Positions 54,672 through 64,000 of a stretch of 64,000 nucleotides of DNA are shown here, one piece after another. The stretch spans positions 496,001-560,000 of the forward strand of contig RSEE01000018.1 in assembly GCA_003971905.1 (NCBI GenBank). The letters run 5' to 3'. Position 1 is the stretch's first letter; the number at the start of each line of letters is the position of its first letter. Under the pieces are notes generated by a model, which searched no databases, was not told where the DNA came from, and worked only from the letters and a program-made list of their open reading frames with translations. The stretch is from Moniliella sp. 'wahieum' (lineage: Eukaryota). A program made the position numbers and the translations under genes.

Positions 54672-55601
54672 GGGGGACGGGGATGCCTCGCAATATACTG
54701 GTCTCTATGGTATGAGTGGCGGATAGGGAAGCAGAGTGCTGGGAGCTGGGATGCCAGGTTGGTCGGACGAGGGCCATCATCTCTTTTAGGTACAGTCTAA
54801 GGCTGTGGACGAGCTGGCTGAGTAGAAGAGGCAAGGCGAGGGAAGCACGGAGCGTGAAGCGCCTGACCAATGTATGCTTGGGGGGCGGGCGCTTCGGCTG
54901 AGCTGGCGCTGAGCGCTGGTTGGATGCTTGGGTTAAACATGAATTTCAAGCTTGCAGCTGCCATGTTGAACATTGAATCGTCGTTTGGAGGGAACACCTG
55001 GGACGCTGCATGGAATGGAGAACTCTTGAACGTTCAGTTCAGTTGAACGTTGACGTTGTTTGTAAGTACCAAGTACGAGGATGGGTTTGAAATGTGTGTC
55101 GTCTCACTTGGCCAGGGGGGCAGGAGGCGGCAGACGCGCACTAGGGCTGGCCAGACCAGGCCAGACGCAAGGGCAGAGGTCAGCAGGTCAGATGGTCAGG
55201 CTGATGAGAATCGATGATCGGTGCGATGTATGAGAACGAGGGATGCAACTTCCAAACCCGACGGAAAAGTCCGTGGCGGCACAGCGCCAGTGTGCACGCC
55301 TGGCCTGCTTCCCTCTGCTTCTCACGATCTTACGCCGAGGCTCGGGCGCAGGTCTCGTGTGGTGTCTGGCTGCTTGCTGGTCAGGCGTCGTGACGCTGAA
55401 CTTTCCGGCCACGCTAGCCAGCTGCCGTGGCAGTCGCAGTCGCTGGACGCCCAGACTCGGCGCTGACAAACTGACGCCCCCCCCCCCCTCAATAAAAGGC
55501 CCGCAGCCCTCGGCGCTTTCTTTAGCTTCCGGCTACCTTCGTGGTCAATCGCTCTTGCTCCCCAACTGGAGCACCTTCCCTCCTTCCGTAGCCCCGGTGC
55601 T

Positions 55602-56990
55602 ATGTCCCATCTCCCTGCTACCGCCGCCTCTGGCGTCCAGGAGGGCCGCGCCAGCGTGGTCCTCGGTGCGCAATGGGGTGACGAGGGCAAAGGTGAGTTC
55701 CTTCCCCTCCTTTTTCCTCGTCGCCTCTGCTGACTGTCGCTTGGTTCTGCAGGCAAGCTTTGTGACATCCTTGCGGGTGCCATGGACGTGTGCGCTCGCT
55801 GTGCTGGCGGCAACAATGCCGGTCACACCATTGTGGCTCATGTGGGCCCCGACAAGGTCAAGACCAAGTTTGACTTTCACCTGCTGCCCTCGGGCCTGGT
55901 CAACCCTCGGTGCGCCGGCTTTATTGGTTCGGGGGTCGTAGTGCATGTGCCTTCGTTTTTCGCTGAGCTCGACACGCTGGAAAAGAAGGGCTTGGAGGTG
56001 AGTGGCCGTCTGTTTGTTTCGGACCGCGCCCATCTGGTGTTTGACTTTCATCAAGTCGTCGATGGCATGAAGGAAGTCGAGCTGGGAGGCAGCAGCATTG
56101 GCACCACCAAGAAGGGCATTGGGCCAGCGTACGGTTCCAAGGCTTCCCTCTCGGGCCTGCGTGTGCATCACCTGTACGACCAAGAGTTGTTTGCAACCAA
56201 GTTCCGTAACCTGGTTGAAGGCCGGTTAAACGCTACGGTCACTTTGAGTACGACACGGAGGGAGAGATTGCGCGCTACCGTGCCTTTGCTGAGCGTCTGC
56301 GCCCGTTTGTTGTCGACGGCGTCACTTTCATCCACTGCGTTGGCACAGAACCGCCGTGTGTTGGTCGAGGGTGCCAACGCGTTGATGCTTGACATTGACT
56401 ACGGCACGTACCCCTACGTTACTTCGTCTTCCACAGCGATCGGTGGCGTGTGCACTGGCTTGGGCATCCCCCCCAAACTGGTGGGCAAGACGATTGGTGT
56501 GATGAAGGCCTACACTACGCGCGTCGGTTCCGGTCCCTTCCCCACCGAGCAGCTCAACGAGGTTGGAGTTCACTTGCAAGAGGTGGGTGCCGAGTGGGGC
56601 GTGACGACCGGCCGTCGTCGCCGGTGCGGATGGCTGGATTTGGTGGTGATGAAGTACTCGCACATGATCAATGGCTACGACAGCCTCAACCTCACCAAGC
56701 TCGACATTCTCGACGACTTGGAGGAAATCAAGGTGGGCGTGGCGTATTACCACGATGGCGTCGAACTCGCCTCGTTCCCTGCCGACTTGGAGTTGCTGGC
56801 GCAGGTGCAAGTCAAGTACGAGACGCTGCCCGGGTGGAAATCGAACATTTCCAAGATCACCCAGTACGACGAGCTGCCGACCAACTGCAAGAAGTACATT
56901 GAGTTCTGCGAGAAGTTCCTCGGCGTGCCCATCGAGTACATTGGCGTTGGCCCTGGCCGCGAGAGCATGATCCACCGGCAGCAGGCGTAA
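55602..56990 (+). CDS. ADE12: Adenylosuccinate synthetase
   Basis: [14 protein letters not shown] across intron 55693-55752, [76 protein letters not shown] and IGVGPGRE. Confidence 0.97.
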
Positions 56991-58771
56991 GAGGCGCGAT
57001 GAACTCCCTTGGGCCAGTTTGTGGTTGGCAACCCCAAGGACCTGTGGGATCCTCTAATGCAGCGATTGCCGTGACTTTCACAATCTGGAGTAGACTGCAG
57101 GACTGGTAGCGAGATTCCCTGAAGTGGTGTGCTGTAGCAGGTAATGTCGCAGGTGGACGGTGGACCGGGCGCTCGTGCGGGACACCATAGTTGGTAAGTA
57201 ACTGGAAGAAGTGAGCATGTGAGAGTTGAATACCACGTAGACTATCATCATAGCTTGACTCTCACAGCAAAAGTGACTGCGTGCGTACTACGTGCCATGG
57301 CTGCCACGGCCTATGGTGGCGGGGGGGGGGGCAGACAGACCAGTGACAGTGACATGTGAGTCAACGTCTTGCGCACTGCATGTGAATGGTAGAGAACTGG
57401 CATACACACCAATACCCCTTTTCCTAGGACTTGGATGCTGTTGGGGCTTCGCAACAAGTCCGGGGAGGTACTGGAGACAAAAAAAGTCCGTGAGTGGGGT
57501 TGGTTTGGAGAAGGTAGAGACCCGAAAAGAGAGGCGCACGCTTCAGACACTATGTATGGCAGTCCTCAATGGCCAGGCTGAGCTCAGCGCTGACCCGCGG
57601 ATCGCGCTGTTAAAGAAAGCCCAGTGCTGCCCCACATGGGCGGGGTCACCTGACCAATCACCGGTCACCGGTCACCGGTCATGCTGGCCAAGGTACGTAC
57701 ATTAAGGTGCAGACGGACATGGATGCAGGCTACCGGTCGAACTAGCCGTTGGGTCTAAAAATGCCTACAATGCGTTCGTTCATCTTCAACTGCACGCTCA
57801 CCTCAGGCCCTCAGTATTCAATCAAGGCACAGCGGTGTTCCAACACGTTCCACCCAACCAACCGCCGTGTAGCCTGTCGGCTCTGCCATCCGAGCGCCCG
57901 CCATGCGACGATGGTCTAGACCTTCACTTAATTCCACCTCGAGTTGAAGGAGCTGGCGCAACTGAACGTTGAACGTTCAAGTTGAATTTTCAACCGGCCC
58001 GTTCGACGACGTCACACGTAGCTGGAAGAATCCCCCCGTGTCACGGTCCTCTTAGGTAACTGGCCGTGCTTCTTGCGCGCTGGCTGGCTGGTGTTGGCTG
58101 GTGGTGTTCCTCGTTCTGGCGAGGCAGTCGGAGACATGCTGGGCGCATCGTGCCTGCGGGTGAGGCCCTCAGGCGCTGAGGCCGGAGGCAGGTCTTCTGT
58201 GCTGGCCAGGTGTGCCTATGTGACATGTGACATGCGACCTGTGCCATGTGAGCTGGCTGGTTCGGTTCGAGCGGCCCATACTGGGCCAGTGGCCGAGCAG
58301 CCGTCGAGATAGGCAGAGAAGAGCAGCCTGGGCCGGCGCAGGCAGACGCCCGGTCTCCGTACGACAATCGCCGCCTGTTCGGCTGGTCAGACTATCAGTA
58401 TCGCTGGGCCCCCGTGCTGGTGACGAAATGCCGTTCGAAGCGGCGGCATGGCAGCACTGCCCCTGCGCTGCGTGCGGGTATGGCGGCTCGGCCCAAGCGG
58501 CCCTTGCTGCTGCACACCGACGCGTGTGCGTCACCCGTCACCCGTCGCACGCCACAGAGCCCACGCGCCCGCAGTGCGCCAGAGTGCGGGAACCTTCGGA
58601 TGCAGTTCCGGACAAGGCGAGACTGGCGCCGTGCGGTGCCATTAATAATGATTGGGTGCGTCTGGGCAGGGATGTCCGTCAATATTGCCGCACTTGGTCG
58701 TGGGCGCTGGGAGGCCAATGTACCTCCTTGTGGGGAACCGACGGCCGTGGCCAGAAAGCGTTTTCTCCGTC

Positions 58772-58778
58772 TATAAAG
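58772..58778 (+). promoter_or_regulatory. TATA box upstream of GLT1
   Basis: TATAAAG followed by a CT-rich leader, about 190 nt before ATG 58960. Confidence 0.5.
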
Positions 58779-58959
58779 TCGCCTGGCTCCCCCCCCCAGC
58801 CGTCTTTTCCTCTTTCCCGTTGGCTGCTGGCTCGCTTGCCCTCTCTTCTTGCTTCTTCCACCCTCCTCCCTTCCTCCGCCGGTGCGCATCTGCTCTCGCT
58901 CTGCTCTGCTGCTCAGCCCCGCACCGCCCCATCCTTCCCTCCCGCCGCCTGCGAGTACC

Positions 58960-61900
58960 ATGGTCGCCGTCCGCGTCGACGCCCTGCCCGTGCAGCCCCA
59001 GCAACCCGACCTCAACGACCCCCTTGTCGCCCCCCCGCGGGGCGACCACCCCGAGGTGACCACCTCGGCCAACCTGGATGCCAATGGCTTCCACCATGTC
59101 GTCCGCTCGCAAGCTTCCTACGGTGGCGATGCGCTCCCTGCCGCCCAAGGCCTTTACGACCCTGAGAACGAAAAGGACAGCTGCGGGGTGGGCTTTATCT
59201 GCCACATCAAGGGCAAGCCCAGCCACAAGATTGTGTCCGACGCCAAGTTTGTCCTGTGCAACATGACCCACCGCGGCGCCACTGGTGCCGACGCGCGCGA
59301 TGGTGACGGCGCTGGGTGCATGACTGGTATCCCCGACTCGTTTTTCCGCCGCGAGCTCGAGATGGACTTTGGCATCACCCTTCCCGCCGAAGGCCAATAC
59401 GCGGTGGGCAACGTCTTTTTCACCCCCAAGGATGACCGCTGCGTGCGGACCACCAAAAGATCTTTGAGTCGGTCGCTGACTCGGTAGGGCTGCGTGTCCT
59501 GTGCTGGCGGAACGTCAGTGTCGACAACTCCATCCTTGGTCCCGCCGCGCTCAGCAAGGAGCCCAAGATCCTCCAGCCCTTTGTTGTGGCCAAGGAGCAC
59601 TATGGCGCCGGATCGGCGCCTGCGCAGACAGAGGCTCCGTTTGACGAGAAGAACTTTAATCGCCAATTGTACGTGCTGCGCAAGTCGGCCACTCACAAGA
59701 TTGGTTTGGCCAACTGGTTCTACATCTGCTCTCTCTCCCCGAGCAACATTGTCTATAAGGGTCAGCTTGCACCCCGGCAGGTGTACGACTACTATTATGA
59801 TCTGCTCAACGCCCGTTACGAGTCGCACTTTGCCTTGGTCCATTCCCGTTTCTCTACCAACACTTTCCCTTCTTGGGACCGTGCCCAGCCGATGCGGTGG
59901 GCAGCCCACAATGGTACGCATGCCTCCCCTCTTCGCCTTGGTCTACTTCCTTGTTACTGACTCCCTGATGCATAGGCGAAATCAACACGATCCGCGGTAA
60001 CAAAAACTGGATGCGTGCCCGCGAGGGCATGTTGCGTTCGGAAGTGTTTGGCAACGACCTTGACCGCCTCTACCCGATTATCGAACCTGGTGGATCCGAC
60101 TCGGCTGGGTTTGACAATGTACTGGAGCTTCTGGTCGTCAATGGTGTCTTGACGCTGCCCCAAGCGATCATGCTTCTTATTCCTGAGGCTTGGCAAGGCA
60201 AACAAGACCATATGGAGCCCGAAAAGGTTGCCTTTTACCGCTGGGCGGCTTGCATGACGGAGCCTTGGGACGGGCCCGCCCTGTTTGCCTTCTCGGATGG
60301 TCGCTTCTGTGGTGCCAACTTGGACCGCAATGGCTTGCGGCCGTGCCGGTATGTCATCACTGACGACGACATTATGATTTGTGCGTCGGAGGTGGGCACC
60401 ATCCACATTGATCCGGCGACGGTGTTGGCCAAAGGCCGGCTGCAACCCGGGCGTATGCTCTTGGTGGATACCAAGGAGGGCCGCCTGGTCGACGACAAGG
60501 AGCTCAAGATGACTACTGCCCAGTCGGCCGACTTTGCTGCCTGGCTCGAAGCGCAGCTACTGCATCTCCCTGACATTTGTCGCCGCACCCGGGCCAACGC
60601 GCCGATCACGGCCGAGCTCGACAGCACCACCCTTAGTACCGATCCGCGGATGAAGGCGTTTGGGTACACCAACGAGCAGATTAATCTGTTAATGCTCCCC
60701 TGGGCACGTCTGGTAAAGAGGCGCTGGCTCGATGGGTAACGATGCGCCCCTGGCGTGCATTGCCGATGCGCCTCGGCAGGTCTACGAGTACTTCCGCCAG
60801 CTGTTTGCTCAGGTTACCAACCCGCCCATTGACCCATCGCGAAGCGGTCGTCATGTCGCTGGAAACGTATGTCGGTCCCGAGGGCAATCTGCTGGAGATG
60901 AACCCCAAGCAGGCTCACCGCCTCTTGCTCCCATCGCCCATGCTAAAGATTGAGCAGATGAATGCCATCAAGCGCATCCACGAGGCTCGACGACTGGAAG
61001 ACAAAGGTAATTGACATTACATTCCCCAAGGCGATGGCATTGCGGGCTACGAACGCACGATCGACCGCATTTGCGCAGAGGCTAGCGCGGCGATTTCGGA
61101 AGGCTACACCATTGTCGTTTGTCTGACCGTGCGGTGAGCGAGGACCGCGTCGCCTTGAGCTCACTGGTTGCCGTCGGTGGTGTGCATCATCACCTGATCC
61201 GCAACAAGGCTCGTACCAAGGTGGCTTTGATGATTGAGACGGCCGAGGCTCGGGAGGTGCATCACTTCTGTGCCTTGACGGGCTATGGTGCCGACGCCAT
61301 TTGCCCCTGGCTGGCGATTGAAGTGATGGCCAAGGTGCACCGCGAGGGCTTGATCAAAGAGGACATTACGCTCGAGACGGCTGTCGAGAACTGGCTGCAC
61401 GGCGTGGATGGCGGGATTCTCAAAGTGATGTCCAAGATGGGCATTTCGACGCTTGCATCCTACAAGGGTGCCCAAATCTTTGAGGCACTGGGCGTGGACA
61501 ACTCGGTGATCGATCGCTGCTTTGCCGGTACGGCCAGCCGCATCAAGGGTGTCACGTTTGAGCTGTTGGCCATGGATGCATTTGAATTCCACAACCGCGG
61601 TTGGCCTTCTCAGGAAACGGTCCTGCCCCCCGTTTTGGCCGAGAGTGGCGAGTACCACTGGCGAGATGGTGGTGAGGCTCACGTCAACGATCCCGTGTCG
61701 ATTGCCAATCTGCAGGATGCGGCGCGGGAAAAGAATCAGTTTGCCTGGGACCAGTACAGCAAGCAGGCCACCCAGTCCGTCAAGGCCACCGCCTGCGTGG
61801 CTTGCTCGACTTTGACTTTACCAAGGCGCGCCCCATCCCCGTGGACCAGGTCGAGCCGTGGACGAGATTGTGCAGCGATTCTGCACTGGCGCCATGTCGT

Positions 61901-64000
61901 ACGGTTCCATCTCGATGGAGCCCACTCGGCTTTGGCGATTGCCATGAACCGCTGGGTGGCAAGTCCAACACGGGTGAAGGCGGCGAAGACGCCGAGCGTT
62001 CCATTCCACTTCCCAATGGGGACTCGCTCCGTTCGAAGATCAAGCAGGTTGCTTCGGCCGGTTTGGTGTCACGTCCAACTACCTTGCCGACAGCGACGAG
62101 CTGCAGATCAAGATGGCGCAGGGGGCCAAGCCTGGTGAGGGCGGTGAGTTGCCAGGCCACAAGGTGTCGCCATCGATTGCGCGTACGCGTCACTCGACCG
62201 CGGGTGTCGGTCTCATTTCCCCCCCTCCTCATCATGACATTTACTCGATTGAGGACTTGAAGCAGCTGATCTACGACCTCAAGTGCGCCAACCCTCGCGC
62301 GCGTGAGCGTCAAGCTTGTGTCCGAAGTGGGTGTTGGCATTGTGGCGGCGGGTGTGGCCAAGGCCAAGGCGGACCATGTGCTGGTCTCGGGTCACGACGG
62401 TGGTACGGGTGCGTCGCGCTGGACTGGCATCAAGTACGCCGGACTTCCCTGGGAGTTGGGTCTGGCCGAGACGCACCAGACATTGGTGCTCAACGACCTG
62501 CGTGGCCGCGTGACGGTGCAGACTGACGGTCAACTTCGCACTGGTCGCGACTTGGCCATCGCTACGCTCCTAGGTGCCGAAGAGTATGGCTTTGCCACCA
62601 CGCCCCTCATTGTGATGGGCTGCATCATGATGCGCAAGTGCTTGGGTGTGGACACGCTGGTGCGCACGCTGGGCGGTGCGCGACGAAACGCATTGGCGAT
62701 ATTGCCCTTGGCGACACGCTGTTGGACGACAGCAACAACCCTGTGCTTGTCATGTCGGTGGGCGATGTGGAAACGGGGGAGATGTACCAGGTTGCATACA
62801 CTCTTGATGGCGAGGAAAGCGCTTTGAGTGCACGCCGGACCACATTCTTTCTTTGGCAGCCGTGGGCGTGGAGCCCACGATGGAGAACAAGACGGTCGAG
62901 TTTTACAAGCGCTGCGTGTCGGGCAAAAAGCTGGACCAGGCGGCCGAGCACGCGCCTCGTGTATGATGCACGACCTTGTAACTCTGGCGATGTCCAAGAC
63001 TTGGACCGCGAAGATGAGGTGGACGAGGAGATTGGGTATGTTATTTGGATCTTGTCCCGTGCAGCGAAGGCGTACTGACTCGCATATACCTTTAGCTCTG
63101 AGATGTTACCAAGGAGTTGCTCAGCGGGCACCGTCACCGTGCCCACGCGACGGGCGCATCGCCATTCGACCCTCGCAGTTGCGTCCATGGCAAGGAAACC
63201 GTCCACGTTTCCTTTGACCTTGGCGTCGCCATGCCCGAGCTCGAGAGCGACCACGGTCGGACGCTTCGTCGACGGCCCCTGGCACCCCAGCCATCGAGCC
63301 TGCCGCCGACACGGTGGCCCTTGGCCCGGTGGATGAACTGGTGTTGAGTGAAACTGCCAAGGCACCTGCGCCCGTTCGTGCCACCGAGGAGCCCTTCCTC
63401 CGTGTTGGGGCTCAACTGCAAGGCCGCCTTGCCCTTCTCAAGGAGAAGATCCAGGAGGCAAGTGAGTGCTCCTGCGGTGGCCTGCACAAGGTCTCGCTTG
63501 AGCTGGCGTCCGAAGAGCAGGCACAACTGGTTAACAGCCTCCTCTTCTCTGAGCACCACCACCTTGTTGAGCCCAGCCTCGTTTTGGATGGCGACCGGTT
63601 CGAGGCGACAGCTGAGGACCTTCTCAACCACTCCCACCCTAAGCTCCGTCTTTTCCGCCCTGCCAACCAGGCCGAGTTGGGGCTGGCGCAGGACGATGCG
63701 TACTTTGTTGGTGCCTGGTTGGGCGATGGAGATGCCCACCGGGCCACGCTGGCCGCTTCGGATGCGGAAATGCTGGTGTGGTTGCACAAGTATGTGGAAC
63801 AGCTGAACGCGACGCGTCCCCAGGGCGCGACCGAGCTCAAGGTAGTCAGCCGGAAGGTGACTGCGGTTGGGGACCTGGTCGGATCCAATGCGTTTGCTCG
63901 GGCCGACATGTTTAAGCACACGGTTCTTGCCCAAGACTGGAACCCGCTGGAGGCGAAGCTTACCGACCTAGGCCTTCTCGGCACCAAGGAGCGCCGCATC
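58960..64000 (+). CDS. GLT1: NADH-dependent glutamate synthase (GOGAT); intein-containing, incomplete at the window edge
   Basis: EKDS-CGVGF (Ntn amidotransferase Cys), [29 protein letters not shown] (intron 59914-59975), [98 protein letters not shown] and GCIMMRK. The sequence then switches to intein. Confidence 0.97.
62639..64000 (+). mobile_element. GLT1 intein with LAGLIDADG homing endonuclease (N-terminal part; C-terminus outside the window)
   Basis: The expected CHLNTCPVG after GCIMMRK is replaced by [13 protein letters not shown] (block A, Cys1 at 62639), [20 protein letters not shown], block [12 protein letters not shown] (62823-62855), LAGLIDADG-type [11 protein letters not shown] (63698-63730) and [20 protein letters not shown] at the edge. 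Confidence 0.93.
63036..63095 (+). other. Spliceosomal intron inside the intein coding sequence
   Basis: 5' GTATGT at 63036, branch TACTGAC at 63073-63079 and 3' ATACCTTTAG ending at 63095. It is 60 nt, AT-richer than its flanks and contains an in-frame TGA (63076-63078). Its size and signals match host introns (ADE12 60 nt; GLT1 62 nt with the same TACTGAC). Confidence 0.75.

Noticed and set aside
58960..62638. GLT1 and other frameshifted genes as pseudogenes or programmed frameshifting
   Set aside because: Frameshifts are spread across nearly all genes with catalytic motifs intact, which is consistent with sequencing error.
63134..63999. Long minus-strand ORFs over the intein (266 and 195 aa)
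   Set aside because: They are antisense shadows of the GC-rich plus-strand intein frame and carry no motifs.
53973..64000. SDH4-ADE12-GLT1 as an operon or metabolic cluster
   Set aside because: These are separate eukaryotic genes with introns and 0.9-2 kb spacers. There is no evidence of co-regulation beyond adjacency.

Overview
This window is GC-rich, intron-poor eukaryotic DNA from a fungus, probably a basidiomycete. That assignment is an inference from protein style and short 60-85 nt GT-AG introns with CTGAC-type branch points. Nearly every gene carries several single-base frameshifts, often in short homopolymers, which look like assembly indel errors, so gene models were rebuilt across frames and some ends are approximate. 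Recognisable genes are a peroxisomal acyl-CoA synthetase (hidden SKL terminus), an EF-hand type II NADH dehydrogenase, PMT4, tRNA-Ala(AGC), a GH30 and a GH79 glycoside hydrolase (the latter lacking its acid/base Glu), bleomycin hydrolase, a GCN4-like bZIP factor, 2-Cys peroxiredoxin, SDH4, ADE12 and glutamate synthase GLT1. The main discovery is at the right end. GLT1 is interrupted inside its [3Fe-4S] cysteine motif by a large intein with a LAGLIDADG homing endonuclease (62639 to beyond 64000), and the intein coding sequence itself appears to contain a canonical 60-nt spliceosomal intron (63036-63095). Also noted are a window-wide family of intergenic 7-bp-period repeats built from interrupted palindromes centred on TNA, a 5'-truncated non-LTR retrotransposon endonuclease fragment, and a zinc-finger transposase-like ORF.
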